Made by a program: the position numbers and the translations under genes. The notes below the pieces were generated by a model, which was not told where the DNA came from, ran no database searches, and saw only the letters and a program-made list of their open reading frames with translations. A stretch of DNA of 51,898 bases from Alphaproteobacteria bacterium (GTDB lineage Bacteria > Pseudomonadota > Alphaproteobacteria > Micavibrionales > UBA2020): NCBI GenBank assembly GCA_028817795.1, contig JAPPOU010000118.1, positions 1 to 51,898 of the forward strand. Direction: 5' to 3'. Of the stretch, positions 37,713-48,729 are shown piece after piece (the stretch's first letter is position 1; every line of letters begins with the position of its first letter).

Positions 37713-38252
37713 TTAACAATCGCCCTCAAGGCGGGCCATAATAAAATCCGCGCGCCTATCCACATCTAGCTTGGGTATTTCAAGCAAGGTATATCCCGAT
37801 GCTATGTAGGCTTCGTTCTGCGCATGATATTCACGCACGGCATCATCGAAACTGCGTTTGCGTTCGGCATCCTGCACAAATATCTCCTGCCATGGCGGCA
37901 CGACAAAGACACGCTTGTTATAGCGGCACAAAGCCGCTGCCTTTAGATGATGTAGCGCAGGCGGGCTGCAATAAGACACTGCTTCGGGAATGCCTCTATC
38001 AAAAATAACAGGCCGGGCTTCTTCTGCTACGCTTTCAAAATTATGAATATTGTGCGTCAGGATCATTTCACCCAGCAACGCACCATTTTTCCACGGCACG
38101 GCTTCGCCGCCAATCATTTCCTGTCGACGCACAATGTCACGCCCCGCTTCGGACACACACAAAATGCCCCGCTGCTGCAAAGCGGTCAGCAGTGTCGATT
38201 TTCCCCCACCGGAACACCCTGTAAGAATATGAAAGTTTTGCTTTTCGCGCAT
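37713..38252 (-). CDS. Predicted P-loop ATPase (AAA_28/COG3911-like)
   Basis: ILTGCSGGGKSTLL, IFDRGIP and PPWQEIFVQDAERK. Its ATG overlaps the aroC stop (TGATG). Confidence 0.85.
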   Translation of the reverse strand: MREKQNFHILTGCSGGGKSTLLTALQQRGILCVSEAGRDIVRRQEMIGGEAVPWKNGALLGEMILTHNIHNFESVAEEARPVIFDRGIPEAVSYCSPPALHHLKAAALCRYNKRVFVVPPWQEIFVQDAERKRSFDDAVREYHAQNEAYIASGYTLLEIPKLDVDRRADFIMARLEGDC

Positions 38253-39325
38253 CACGCGCCGCACTGCCCGCGATGACGCAGCAAATGGTCAGCCAGCACA
38301 ATCGCCAGCATAGCTTCAGCCACGGGCGCACCGCGAATACCGACGCAGGGATCATGACGGCCCTTGGTACGGATATCGGTTTCGTTGCCGTTTTTATCAA
38401 TTGTTTCGACAGGCGTTAAAATGGAACTGGTCGGCTTGAACGCCATGCGGGCTACAATATCCTGCCCTGTCGAAATCCCACCCAGTATGCCGCCTGCATT
38501 ATTGGACAGGAAATGCGGTTTGCCGCCCTTCATGCGGATACGGTCGGCATTTCCCTCGCCAGACAGCAGCGCCGCCTCAAAGCCCGCGCCAATCTCAACG
38601 CCTTTAACAGCGTTAATGCCCATTAATGCTTTTGCAATATCCGCATCCAACTTATCAGCAACAGGCGCCCCCAGACCTGCCGGAATGCCGGATGCCACAA
38701 CCTCGACCACCGCACCTGCGCTGGAACCGTTCTTGCGCGCGCCATCCAAAAACCCTTCCCAGACCGGCACAATTTCAGGATCAGGCGCAAAAAAGGCGTT
38801 ATCCTCTACGGTGGCCCAATCCCAGTTCTCGCGGTCGATAGCATGGGGGCCGATCTGGATAACGGCGGCACGCACTGTCACCGCATCGCCCAGAACCTTT
38901 CGCGCCAATGCGCCTGCGGCCACGCGGCTAGCCGTTTCACGTGCCGAGGCACGTCCGCCACCACGATAATCACGCACACCGTATTTCGCATCGTAAGTGA
39001 AGTCGGCATGGCCCGGACGAAACTTATCCATGATTTCGGAATAATCTTTTGACCGTGCATCGGTATTGCGGATCAAAAGGCTGACGGGCGTTCCTGTTGT
39101 TTTGCCCTCGAACACGCCGGATAAAATTTCAACTTTATCGGCTTCTTGCCTTTGGGTGGTATAGCGGCTTTGCCCTGGCTTTCTTTTATCCAGAAAGGAC
39201 TGGATAAAAGCTTCATCCAAATCAAGGCGCGGCGGCATGCCATCAACCACGCAGCCAATCGCCGGGCCGTGGCTTTCGCCCCATGTGGTGTAACGGAAAA
39301 GATGGCCAAAGGTGTTCTGTGACAT
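38252..39325 (-). CDS. aroC: Chorismate synthase
   Basis: [38 protein letters not shown] and RHDPCV. Confidence 0.99.
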   Translation of the reverse strand: MSQNTFGHLFRYTTWGESHGPAIGCVVDGMPPRLDLDEAFIQSFLDKRKPGQSRYTTQRQEADKVEILSGVFEGKTTGTPVSLLIRNTDARSKDYSEIMDKFRPGHADFTYDAKYGVRDYRGGGRASARETASRVAAGALARKVLGDAVTVRAAVIQIGPHAIDRENWDWATVEDNAFFAPDPEIVPVWEGFLDGARKNGSSAGAVVEVVASGIPAGLGAPVADKLDADIAKALMGINAVKGVEIGAGFEAALLSGEGNADRIRMKGGKPHFLSNNAGGILGGISTGQDIVARMAFKPTSSILTPVETIDKNGNETDIRTKGRHDPCVGIRGAPVAEAMLAIVLADHLLRHRGQCGA

Positions 39326-39377
39326 TGTGAAACAAGCATCCAATCTGGCCACTATTCTACAGAATAAAACGGCCCTG

Positions 39378-40004
39378 TTAAGCCGGAATTTTGCCCCGGA
39401 CATGCGACATGACATCGGGCACCGAAAGGCGGCTTTTAATTTGGCGGATCACCTCTGCCGTATCCTCTTCAGAGGATTCAAAATTATAAGCCCCCGCATC
39501 AATATCAATAACAGGGATATAATGCGATACGGCCTGTACTTCTTTTTGCACGGCGGCAGACAGGGCCTCAACATAACGAATATCAACCTTGGATTCGAAC
39601 GTACGCCCACGCTGCATAATGCGGCGCATAATCTCTTCGGGCGGGCAGACAAGATTAACCAACAAATCAGGCGCACCCGCCGCTTCGATCACGCGATCAA
39701 GGGAATAGAAAACGGGGCGTTCATAACTGCCCACTGCGTGACGCGAGGCATAGGCCCGGTGCACCACGGCGGAATGGTCGAAAACGCAGCCGCTGTTGCC
39801 AAGGCGCTTGATCTGGTGGAGATAGTCTAAAAGGAAGAAGAGGTTTTTTTCAAAGCCGTATTCGGACGGCGCGTCATAAAAATCTGAAAGGAAGGGGTGG
39901 GTTTCAACAGGCTCTGTTACATGCTGCCAGCCATAGTAGCGTGCAATTTTTTCCGCCAGTGTCGTCTTGCCAACGCCCAACGGCCCGCAAAGCTCGATGC
40001 GCAT
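39378..40004 (-). CDS. Deoxynucleoside kinase family protein
   Basis: [33 protein letters not shown] and [10 protein letters not shown]. Confidence 0.88.
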   Translation of the reverse strand: MRIELCGPLGVGKTTLAEKIARYYGWQHVTEPVETHPFLSDFYDAPSEYGFEKNLFFLLDYLHQIKRLGNSGCVFDHSAVVHRAYASRHAVGSYERPVFYSLDRVIEAAGAPDLLVNLVCPPEEIMRRIMQRGRTFESKVDIRYVEALSAAVQKEVQAVSHYIPVIDIDAGAYNFESSEEDTAEVIRQIKSRLSVPDVMSHVRGKIPA

Positions 40005-40346
40005 ACTGCCCCGCCCCTTTCGCTGAAGTATTCTCTTGAGATGTTGTGGTGATTCAAGGCTACCCACTGGAGGGAGTCGCGACAACCCTATTTATTGCGC
40101 CTGCATGCAGAAAAAAAACTTGCAATCATCGCGCGCAACGTTCCATGCAACGCAGCGCGATTCCCCTGACCAATTCCCATCAAACCCCTCCCCTCCTTTC
40201 TTTCCCCTCAAACAGCCCTTCAGTCGTAACATATGCCACGCCCACTTATTTTTCGTAATATAAAAGTTATGTCTAGCATTGACTCTTGCGCGCCGCACCT
40301 GTATTTCCATACCAGATTTACGCAACGCAAAAACGGGAGCCACCAG

Positions 40347-41105
40347 ATGCCCAAAGCCATCTTCCTCGACATGGACGACACGCTCATCGCAACAAACGTG
40401 CTCTATGAAAACGCTGTCGCGCACCTGCGCGGTTTCATGGCTCACTTTGGCCACCCCCCTGAAAAAGTGCAGGACACCTTCAACCGAATCGACAAGGATA
40501 TGTACAAGCTTCACGGCCTGTCGATTGAGCGCATGCCCTCCAGCTTTGCGGCCGTACTCAAAGACTTGGCGCCTGAACAGGCAGGAGAAAGCAACACCGC
40601 TGTTGTGCGGGGGTTTGCATCTTCCATCTTCAATACCGTCGCCAATGTCAAACCCGGCGTTCCCGAAGCTATTTCCCAACTGGCGGCAGAGGGCTATGAA
40701 CTTCACATCATCACCTCTGGCAATGACAAGGTGCAGGCAGACCGTTTCTCGCACCTTCCATTCCGCGACAAGATCAAGAGCCTGCATGTCGTGCCCTCCA
40801 AAGACAAAGCTGTCTTTGAAACCGCCCTACGGAAAACAGGCCTGCGCCCCGATGAAGCGCTTATGATCGGCGACAGTATGAAATCAGATATCCTTCCCTC
40901 TACAGCGGCAGGCATGAAGGCTATATTGATTGAACCCCAACCCGGTGTTCCCGGTTTCTTCCACGCCGCGCAAGACAATCAACCCACGCTGCCCGAAGGC
41001 GCGCGCCTGTGCCACTCGCTGATCGAGGCCGCACGTACTATTATCGAAGATGACCGCCCTGCGCCCACCACGCGAAAAGCGCCCGGCAGGAATATGTCAC
41101 CCTGA
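40347..41105 (+). CDS. HAD-superfamily hydrolase
   Basis: FLDMDDTL (motif I), IITSG, K and MIGDSMKSDI (motif IV). Confidence 0.9.
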   Translation: MPKAIFLDMDDTLIATNVLYENAVAHLRGFMAHFGHPPEKVQDTFNRIDKDMYKLHGLSIERMPSSFAAVLKDLAPEQAGESNTAVVRGFASSIFNTVANVKPGVPEAISQLAAEGYELHIITSGNDKVQADRFSHLPFRDKIKSLHVVPSKDKAVFETALRKTGLRPDEALMIGDSMKSDILPSTAAGMKAILIEPQPGVPGFFHAAQDNQPTLPEGARLCHSLIEAARTIIEDDRPAPTTRKAPGRNMSP

Positions 41106-41169
41106 CAGGTTTTTACGGGATATTGAGCTTCACCGCCGGATACCTTATATATGGCAGGGAGTCCTGCCC

Positions 41170-42312
41170 ATGCTAATTACACGCTATCTTATTCGTAATC
41201 TCCTTATCGTCACGGCCTTTGTCGTCGTGACGCTGACGGCCGTGATCTGGCTGACGCAGTCATTGAAGCTGTTGGAAATCGTGGCCAGCTCCGATGCGCC
41301 GCCATCCCTGTTCTTAAAACTTGTCATCCTCTCGCTGCCACGGTTTTTGGAAATTATCCTGCCGTTGTCGCTCGTCATCGCCGTTTTGTTCACCTATAAC
41401 CGCCTGACCGTCGACAACGAACTGATTGTCATGCGCGCCTGCGGCATCAACCATTTATCACTGGCACGGCCCGCGCTGGTTGTGGCGGGCGTGCTGACGC
41501 TGATCCTGTTATCGCTAACCAGTTACATTTCCCCCAAAAGCACAGGACAGCTCATTTACCTGCGCGAAACGGTGAAAGCGCAGTATTCCGCCTTTTTGCT
41601 GCGCGAAGGCGTGTTCAATACGTTTGGTGATGATCTCACCGTTTATCTGCGCCGCCGCGACTCTGCAGGCGATCTTTACGGCCTGATGATCCACGACACG
41701 CGGGACAAGGAAAAACCACCCGTCACCATCACCGCCAAAAAAGGCCGCATCGTCATGGACGGCGAGCTGCCCACCATTATCGTTTATGACGGGATGCGCC
41801 ACCAGATGGACAGGCGCAAAAACGCGCTGACCAAGCTGTATTTCTCGAAATACACAATCGAGATCAAAAACTTTGGCGAAAGCGGCTTTGTGCACTGGCG
41901 GGAAGCCAATGAACGCACCTTGACCGAACTTTTACAGCCCGACATGACAGACGAACGCGAACGGCTGCGCAAGGATGCCTTCCTTGCGGAATTCCACCGC
42001 CGCATCCTCTCCCCCTTCAATGCGCTGGGCTTTACAGCCATCGCGTTGTCCGTTCTGCTCCTGGGGTCTTTCAACCGGCGTGGCCAGCGCAAAAAAATCC
42101 TTGCCGCCGCCCTGCTTGTCGTCGCCATGCAAAGCACGAGCCTTTTGACAATCAACGCCATGAAAACGCATTTCGCGGCGGTCTATCTTCTTTACGCGTT
42201 CACACTGCTGCCGCCTGCAGGCGCGCTCTATTTGCTCAGCTTTCGGGGGGAACAGACATTGATGTCAACGCTACGCAACCTGCGCCGCAAGCAAACGGAG
42301 GCTCTTGCATGA
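41170..42312 (+). CDS. lptF: LPS export permease LptF
   Basis: ITRYLIR, IWLTQSL, YNRLTVDNELIVMRACG, EGVFN and AEFHRR. Lies upstream of lptG. Confidence 0.9.
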   Translation: MLITRYLIRNLLIVTAFVVVTLTAVIWLTQSLKLLEIVASSDAPPSLFLKLVILSLPRFLEIILPLSLVIAVLFTYNRLTVDNELIVMRACGINHLSLARPALVVAGVLTLILLSLTSYISPKSTGQLIYLRETVKAQYSAFLLREGVFNTFGDDLTVYLRRRDSAGDLYGLMIHDTRDKEKPPVTITAKKGRIVMDGELPTIIVYDGMRHQMDRRKNALTKLYFSKYTIEIKNFGESGFVHWREANERTLTELLQPDMTDERERLRKDAFLAEFHRRILSPFNALGFTAIALSVLLLGSFNRRGQRKKILAAALLVVAMQSTSLLTINAMKTHFAAVYLLYAFTLLPPAGALYLLSFRGEQTLMSTLRNLRRKQTEALA

Positions 42313-43400
42313 TCGCCCCCACGCGCCTGTCGCGCTACCTCAGCAAAACATTTATCACCAGTTTTATAGGGCTAACGCTGATATTGATGGCCATTATTTT
42401 CGTGTTTGAATTTGGCGAGCTTTTGCGCCGTGCTGCCAACCAAGAGGCCGCAACGCTGAATATCGCCCTTATCATGGCGGCACTGAAGCTCCCCTATACC
42501 GGTGAAATCCTGTTCCCTTTTGCCATCCTTTTTGGTGCAATACACACCTGCTGGAAACTCAACCGCACGCAAGAGCTTGTGATTATGCGGTCTGCAGGAT
42601 TATCGGTCTGGCAATTTTTAGGCCCTGTCGTTCTGGCCGCGATTTGCGTCGGCGCGCTGGCCACGGGCATCGTCAATCCCATCGCGTCCGCAACGCTGTC
42701 AAAATTCCGGCAGATGGAAACAGTGTACTTTCGCAAGAACAGCAACCTTGTCTCCGTATCGCAAACAGGGATTTGGCTGCGCCAGCCCGCCGAAGACGGT
42801 TACGCGCTTTTGCACGCCAGCACGCTGGACCAAAAACAATGGCGGATGGATAACGTGACCGTCTATACCTTCGATGACCGGGACAACTTCAAAAGCCGCA
42901 TCGACAGCCCCGAAACCTGGCTGAAAGACGGCTATTGGGACGTGAAAGACGCGCTGGTCAATACCAGAGGCGGCACAGCAACGGAAACGGGTGTTCATAT
43001 TCCAACGGAGCTGACAGCCCGCAAAATTGAAGACACCTTTGCCGATCCCGACATGATTTCATTCTGGAATATACCGCGCTACGTTAAAATTATGGAAGAA
43101 ACAGGCTTTCCCTCCACGCGCCTGCGCATTCATTTCCAATCACTGCTGGCCCAGCCGCTTCTGTTTGCCGCCATGGTTTTGCTGGCTGCGACATTTTCGT
43201 TACGCCCGCCAAGATTCAGGGGTACCGGCATCATGGTCGCCCTTGGCGCCGCCACCGGTTTCTTTGTATTCTTCATGGAGTCCATTCTGGGCGCTTTCGG
43301 CGCTTCCCAGAAAATCCCGGTCTTTCTGGCTGCCTGGACGCCTGCCGTTGTCGGCACTCTTTTGGGCATCACGGCTTTACTGCATATGGAAGATGGCTGA
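42309..43400 (+). CDS. lptG: LPS export permease LptG
   Basis: LSRYL, LNRTQELVIMRSAGLSVWQF, GIWLRQ and C-terminal AAWTP...LLHMEDG. Confidence 0.92.
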   Translation: MIAPTRLSRYLSKTFITSFIGLTLILMAIIFVFEFGELLRRAANQEAATLNIALIMAALKLPYTGEILFPFAILFGAIHTCWKLNRTQELVIMRSAGLSVWQFLGPVVLAAICVGALATGIVNPIASATLSKFRQMETVYFRKNSNLVSVSQTGIWLRQPAEDGYALLHASTLDQKQWRMDNVTVYTFDDRDNFKSRIDSPETWLKDGYWDVKDALVNTRGGTATETGVHIPTELTARKIEDTFADPDMISFWNIPRYVKIMEETGFPSTRLRIHFQSLLAQPLLFAAMVLLAATFSLRPPRFRGTGIMVALGAATGFFVFFMESILGAFGASQKIPVFLAAWTPAVVGTLLGITALLHMEDG

Positions 43401-43506
43401 CAAAAAAATACTTTTTGTAACGGCATGTTAACGATTGAGTAAAGAGAAGCATTTAGACTATAAAGGCAAACGGGATCAAAACCGTTCAGAATCAGCAGGG
43501 TCCGCC

Positions 43507-44301
43507 ATGACACGATGCACAACACAACCGGCAAAAAAAATCCTGTCGCTCACGCTGGCGATTGCAATAACGCTGGGCGCGACAGTCACGGCCACCGGCT
43601 GTGCGCGGTCAGTCGACCCGCATACCGGCATGAAAACATCTAGCATCAACGACCCGCTGGAGCCTGTGAACCGTGCTGTCTTCACGTTTAACAACGCGCT
43701 CGATATCGTCCTGATCGAACCTGTCGCCTATGTCTACAGCACATTCGTGCCGCCTTTTGCACAAACAGGTATCAGAAACTTCATGCGCAACCTGCGCAGC
43801 CCCTTCCTTGTGGCCAACAGCCTTTTGCAAGGCAACATTAACGGGGCTGGCGTTGCCACGGCCCGTTTTCTTATCAACACCACAGCCGGTATCGGCGGCC
43901 TTGTCGATGTGGCGGGCATGAACGGCCTTGCTTACCAACAAGAAGATCTGGGTCAGACACTGGCCGTCTGGGGCATGGGCGATGGTTTTTACCTTGTCCT
44001 GCCTGTGATCGGCCCCAGTTCTGCGCGTGATATTATCGGCACCACAGCGGAAGCCTATGGCGATCCTTTGCGCATCTGGACCCACAAAACAGGGCGTGAT
44101 TGGGTCTATTATACACGCAACGCGGTTGAGGGCCTTGATAACAGGGCGCAGCTCCTTGATGCGATCGCAGACCTAAGACGCAACAGCCTTGATTATTATG
44201 CCGCCGTGCGCAGTGCCTATGCGCAAAAACGGCGCGCGCTTATCCACAATGAAAATCCTGACGCGCCCACAACACCTGTCATTCCGGATTACGATGAATA
44301 A
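43507..44301 (+). CDS. mlaA: VacJ/MlaA lipoprotein
   Basis: Lipobox ATGC; NDPLEPVNRAVFTFN, RFLINTTAGIGGL, EDLGQTL and YLVLPVIGPSSARD. Confidence 0.93.
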   Translation: MTRCTTQPAKKILSLTLAIAITLGATVTATGCARSVDPHTGMKTSSINDPLEPVNRAVFTFNNALDIVLIEPVAYVYSTFVPPFAQTGIRNFMRNLRSPFLVANSLLQGNINGAGVATARFLINTTAGIGGLVDVAGMNGLAYQQEDLGQTLAVWGMGDGFYLVLPVIGPSSARDIIGTTAEAYGDPLRIWTHKTGRDWVYYTRNAVEGLDNRAQLLDAIADLRRNSLDYYAAVRSAYAQKRRALIHNENPDAPTTPVIPDYDE

Positions 44302-44323
44302 CTCTGTTTAAAGGATACCCGGC

Positions 44324-44920
44324 ATGCTCAACCGCCTTGCCCTGATTGCTTTTTCATGCCTGCTGTTTATCACCGCCCCTGCTGGCGCGGCGGATACGGC
44401 ATCTGCGATGGCTTTCGTGCAATCTTTGGGAGATACCGCGCTGTCTTCATTGACAGACAAATCCCTGCCCCCAAAAGCGCGGGAAGACAGAACGCGCAAC
44501 CTGCTGCGCAAATATTTTGACATCAAGACCATTGGGCGTTTTGCGCTGGGCACGCACTGGAAGACCGCCACCAGCGCGGAACAGTCGGAATATATGGGCT
44601 TGTTCGAAGACATGATCGTATCCACCTATGCCAGCCGCTTTGGTGAATATTCTGGCCAATCTTTGGAAGTGGGAAAATCGCGCCCAATCGGAAAGCGCGA
44701 TTTCATTGTGAACAGCAAAATTCTGCAAACAGACGGCCCCCCCGTCAATGTGGACTGGCAAGTACGCCATAAAAACGGAAAATTAAAAGTCATCGATGTG
44801 CAGGTGGAAAACGTCAGCATGCTTATCACGCAACGCAATGAATTCGCGGCTGTGATTCAAAGAAATGGCGGCGAGGTCTCCAGCCTTTTGGAAACCTTGC
44901 GCAAGCGCAAGGGCGGATGA
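44324..44920 (+). CDS. mlaC: MlaC/Ttg2D phospholipid-binding protein
   Basis: Signal peptide; FDIKTIGRFALGTHW and VDWQV...KVIDVQVENVSMLITQRNEF. Confidence 0.9.
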   Translation: MLNRLALIAFSCLLFITAPAGAADTASAMAFVQSLGDTALSSLTDKSLPPKAREDRTRNLLRKYFDIKTIGRFALGTHWKTATSAEQSEYMGLFEDMIVSTYASRFGEYSGQSLEVGKSRPIGKRDFIVNSKILQTDGPPVNVDWQVRHKNGKLKVIDVQVENVSMLITQRNEFAAVIQRNGGEVSSLLETLRKRKGG

Positions 44921-45014
44921 TTTCCACAATCACGCGCACTCCACCCCCTTGATTTTTGTTACGAAAACCTGCTAAATCTTCTTCCTGAATACCACACAAT
45001 CAGGAGCAGGGAAC

Positions 45015-46052
45015 ATGACAGCATTTAACGGTGCCGATTTCAAAGGCGTAGAGCTGGCCGAAAAAGTCGAAAAGGACGGATATTTCATTATCGAAGATTA
45101 TTTCCCGCTCGACGACGTCATGTCCGTGCGCAAAGAGCTGGAAGCAATCATGGACGCGGATGTCGCCCACAGGGAAGAAAACAAGCTTGGCGTTCGCCGT
45201 TTCACCGAAGAAGGCAATACGTATTCCACCTTAACGCCTGTCATTCATTCCATCATGCATTCGCTGTGGCAAAGCCCCGGCCTGCGCACATTCTTTGAGC
45301 GTGTTTTCACCGATCCTGAGATCAAGGAATTCACCCGACGCGTCATTGGGGAACGCTTCCGCATCCGCGCCGATATCGTCCGCCGCGCAACCGGCGCGAA
45401 TGATTACATAGACGATTTTCAAATTCCGCACCAATGGCACCGGGATTCCACCGGCGAATTTGCTTTTGGCATCTTTTTTGACGACTTCAGCCCCGATCTT
45501 TCCGGCGGGACAGGCGTCATGAAGGGCACGCATTGGCGGGGATACAGCCCCCAATTCGATTTTGTTTTCTCGGATAACTGCCTTGCCGGCCAGAAATATG
45601 TTCACGACAAAAGAAAAAGAATCAAATTCCTAAACCCTGTTGTCGAAAAGATGTGCGTTATCAACTCCCGTTTTAAGGATCAGTTCCGCGATTCACGTGT
45701 AGAACTAAAAGGCCGCCCCGGCGGGCTTTACTTCTTCCTGAACGAAACATGGCACGGACGCATGCCCAACATCCACGGCGGCAAGAACATGCTGGTACGC
45801 TGGGGCGGTTTCGCATCAGAATTCGCGTTCAAGGACGACAGGCCGCTACCGGGGCCAACCTCTATCCTGCCGCCGGTCGTCGCCCAGCATTACCAGCCCG
45901 ACCAAGCCCCTAATACCGACCCGACAACACTGCTGCAGCGCATGCGCGCCGCACAGGAAGAAGATCGAAACAAAATGAATATGGCCAAGGCCGCGTATTG
46001 GGAAAAACAAACAGCGCGGTTTATCTCGCACACCATCCGCATGGTCGCCTGA
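45015..46052 (+). CDS. Phytanoyl-CoA dioxygenase-like Fe(II)/2OG oxygenase
   Basis: KDGYFIIEDYF, QWHRD (HxD), GGTGVMKGTH and distal His in ETWHGR. Confidence 0.75.
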   Translation: MTAFNGADFKGVELAEKVEKDGYFIIEDYFPLDDVMSVRKELEAIMDADVAHREENKLGVRRFTEEGNTYSTLTPVIHSIMHSLWQSPGLRTFFERVFTDPEIKEFTRRVIGERFRIRADIVRRATGANDYIDDFQIPHQWHRDSTGEFAFGIFFDDFSPDLSGGTGVMKGTHWRGYSPQFDFVFSDNCLAGQKYVHDKRKRIKFLNPVVEKMCVINSRFKDQFRDSRVELKGRPGGLYFFLNETWHGRMPNIHGGKNMLVRWGGFASEFAFKDDRPLPGPTSILPPVVAQHYQPDQAPNTDPTTLLQRMRAAQEEDRNKMNMAKAAYWEKQTARFISHTIRMVA

Positions 46053-46058
46053 TCGCCC

Positions 46059-46796
46059 TCAGGCTGCAGGCTTCACAATACCTTTGATAAAGTCCTTAGG
46101 CGGCATCATGGCTTGCGCGTCCGCCTTTAAATCAAGTTGCGCAACCTTGCGCACCATATCACGCGGCAGAACGCGGCGGGCGGCAGTTTGCACTTTCTCA
46201 AGGGCGCGATCGATGAAGAAAATATTTTCTTCCACATTGCGCGCAATCATATCGGCGTAACGCAGATACATGTTCAGCCCCTCAACAGGCAAGCTGCCGC
46301 GCTGTTTTTGCACGCGGTTCATATCCAGCATAACGGCATTGCGCTGGCGAATTAGATGATTCAATTCAGCCAAGTTATACTCCAAATGCCGCACCAGTTG
46401 GACGGTATCCAGCTCTTCGGCAAAAAGGGCTGTCAGCCTTTCGCTGCTGCCGCAGGACGAAAAATACCACTCCGGCCAAATCTCGACGTTCACGGAAACT
46501 GCCGCATGGGCACTCCCTCCGGTTTTCGACGCATTTTCCAGTGCACGGCGCAATTCCTCTGCCTCTGTCGCGGCGGGGGCGGCGTATTCCTTGCGCATGT
46601 TCATCAATTTCCCCATCAGGGCGGCCATATCGGCAATAAAGACGTTTGCTGCACAAAGCTGCGCGCGCTGCCGTTCCACACGATCATCCCACCCCGCTGC
46701 ACGCGCACCAAAGAAACCACCTGCCACGCCAGCAGAAACCGCTGCCAGAGCCAATATCAGAAAGGACTGCTCCAAAAGAAAGGACGGCACCATCAT
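46059..46796 (-). CDS. Hypothetical membrane-anchored helical protein
   Basis: N-terminal TM; SD AAGGAG upstream. Confidence 0.65.
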   Translation of the reverse strand: MMVPSFLLEQSFLILALAAVSAGVAGGFFGARAAGWDDRVERQRAQLCAANVFIADMAALMGKLMNMRKEYAAPAATEAEELRRALENASKTGGSAHAAVSVNVEIWPEWYFSSCGSSERLTALFAEELDTVQLVRHLEYNLAELNHLIRQRNAVMLDMNRVQKQRGSLPVEGLNMYLRYADMIARNVEENIFFIDRALEKVQTAARRVLPRDMVRKVAQLDLKADAQAMMPPKDFIKGIVKPAA

Positions 46797-46851
46797 ATCA
46801 CTCCTTAAATGATGAATAACCCTGCCTGTTTACCAGCAAACAGCAACAAGG

Positions 46852-47712
46852 TCAAAGTACAAGCTTGCACGGCGGCAAAGACTTGGCGTATCCCGGCTTT
46901 TTGTTGTTATCGTTTACGGGCGGCGGGGTCCAGCCTGCCAGTTGTTTTTGCATGTTTACAAAATGGTAATCGTTTTCGGCAACCGCGCCATTTCGACCGT
47001 CATGATACAAATCGCGCAAATACGCCTCTGTCTCTTTGGGGCCGGGATGACGACCGTTTACGGGATAGCTTAATAAAAGAAGATCATCTTCGTAATAATC
47101 GCTGTCATTAATAGGGGGTGAAACGTAATCAACAGGTATGACGCGCGCGCCCCAATGCTCAAATATCTTCTGGCGTTTTACGGGGTCAAACAAAGCTTCG
47201 CCGGGGGGCACTTTATAAGGGTCTTGTATCTCGACAAAAACGCCGGATAACGTTTTTCCATTGTCACGTGCCATTTTTTGCAAAGATTCAATACGGCTGT
47301 TCACCATCAGCTTGCCAAGGCCTTTTTCACGGTGAACCGGATCAATTGCATTATAGGCCAAAAGCCCCGTATTACTTTTCTCGTAATAAAAAGCGACGGC
47401 CAGCCCCTTAACCACGCACGCGTGGGGAGATTGCAAGTCTGTGCCCAAAACATTAATCACGGCACGAGAACCGGGGCATCTCCCCTCTAAAACCTCTGTT
47501 AGCTTTTCGAGCGTTTCGCGTTCTTCTTCCTTAAAGGCAGGTACAAAAATCTGGTCATACGCCTGTCGCAGCAAATCCATTTGCCCCGGCTGACCGGCAT
47601 CAACATTTACAATTTCCAGACTCTTACCCTGTGCCAACGCACGTGCCCTCCTTAAGCGAATCGCTTCAATGACATAAAACTGTGCGCTTTTTACAAAAAA
47701 TGGGGGGGCCAA
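46852..47712 (-). CDS. GNAT-like acetyltransferase
   Basis: GLLAYNAIDPVHREKGLGKLM (acetyl-CoA binding motif A-like) and RQKIFEHWGA. The start codon is uncertain. Confidence 0.65.
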   Translation of the reverse strand: MAPPFFVKSAQFYVIEAIRLRRARALAQGKSLEIVNVDAGQPGQMDLLRQAYDQIFVPAFKEEERETLEKLTEVLEGRCPGSRAVINVLGTDLQSPHACVVKGLAVAFYYEKSNTGLLAYNAIDPVHREKGLGKLMVNSRIESLQKMARDNGKTLSGVFVEIQDPYKVPPGEALFDPVKRQKIFEHWGARVIPVDYVSPPINDSDYYEDDLLLLSYPVNGRHPGPKETEAYLRDLYHDGRNGAVAENDYHFVNMQKQLAGWTPPPVNDNNKKPGYAKSLPPCKLVL

Positions 47713-47805
47713 TCAAGATCACGGCACGCAAAAGCTGCCTTTAACTATTGCGAAAGGTGATCGCCGCCAGCTAATAACATGGGAGGCATTGCGGAGTTTT
47801 TACTT

Positions 47806-48729
47806 ATGTCAAAAAAAGACGCCCTTTCCATCGCCCACTGGGCCGCCAATATGGCGCATCGCTACGATTCGCTTGAAACATGGTGCGCACAAATACGGCG
47901 ACTGTTGCTGCAAGCAGAAAAGCGCGGCATGGATATGTTCATCATGCCTGAATACATCAGTGAAAGCTGGATGCACTTTGCACCCGCAACGTTAAAGCCC
48001 ACGCAAGAACTGGCATGGTGCGCAGAGAAATCCATGCAAGCCTTGCCGCTATTGCAAGACGCCGTCACGGAAAGCGGCGTGGCTCTTGTCGCCGGTTCCA
48101 TGCCGTGGGCGGCGCGTGGTAAAATGTTGAACCGGAGCTGGGTTTTATTCCCAAACAAAAAACCTGCCCACCACGACAAACTGGTTCTCACGCCATTTGA
48201 AATGGACCCGAAATCATGGGACCTGAATACCGGGCATACGGTACGTATTTTCCAGTGGAAAGGTTTTAACATGGCCGTTTTAATCTGCCTTGATGTTGAA
48301 ATGCCCGCGCTGGTGCATAAACTTGCCCATGCAGATATAGATCTGCTGCTTGTGCCCTCTATGACAGAAAAACCATCTGGCTACCACCGCGTTTTCGACT
48401 GCGCCAAGGCCCGCGCCATCGAGTTAATGTGCGCCGTTTCCGTTGTCGGCGCTGTCGGGCAATCAAAAAAAGGCAGAAAGCTGCGCGACACAAACCACTC
48501 CGGCGCAGCGGTCTTTTTACCGTGCGAAGAAATGTTTGGCTATACCGGTCTGCACAGCCATATCTCCATGCATGGTACGGCCAAAGGCCCTGGCCGCATA
48601 TTGTGGGCCGAAAACATTCCGTTAGGCGCTATCAGAACCCGGCGCAAAGGCAAGCCCGAAGTCTGGCCCGGCCCATGGAATGCCCGCAAAATACGCATTG
48701 AAACACATACAACGGCGAGGAAAAAATGA
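47806..48729 (+). CDS. Nitrilase-related carbon-nitrogen hydrolase
   Basis: Catalytic triad E (MPEY), K (HDKLVLTPFE) and C (LICLDVEMP); ARAIE. Confidence 0.9.
   Translation: MSKKDALSIAHWAANMAHRYDSLETWCAQIRRLLLQAEKRGMDMFIMPEYISESWMHFAPATLKPTQELAWCAEKSMQALPLLQDAVTESGVALVAGSMPWAARGKMLNRSWVLFPNKKPAHHDKLVLTPFEMDPKSWDLNTGHTVRIFQWKGFNMAVLICLDVEMPALVHKLAHADIDLLLVPSMTEKPSGYHRVFDCAKARAIELMCAVSVVGAVGQSKKGRKLRDTNHSGAAVFLPCEEMFGYTGLHSHISMHGTAKGPGRILWAENIPLGAIRTRRKGKPEVWPGPWNARKIRIETHTTARKK

Noticed and set aside
41050-41105. Basic Pro-rich tail of the HAD hydrolase (PAPTTRKAPGR) as the array-type signal
   Set aside because: It lacks the F-x-x-AA-x-x-GT spacing and KIRR, so the similarity is only compositional.
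46852-46872. C-terminal CKLVL of the GNAT-like protein as a CaaX prenylation motif
   Set aside because: The Cys is fifth from the end, not fourth.
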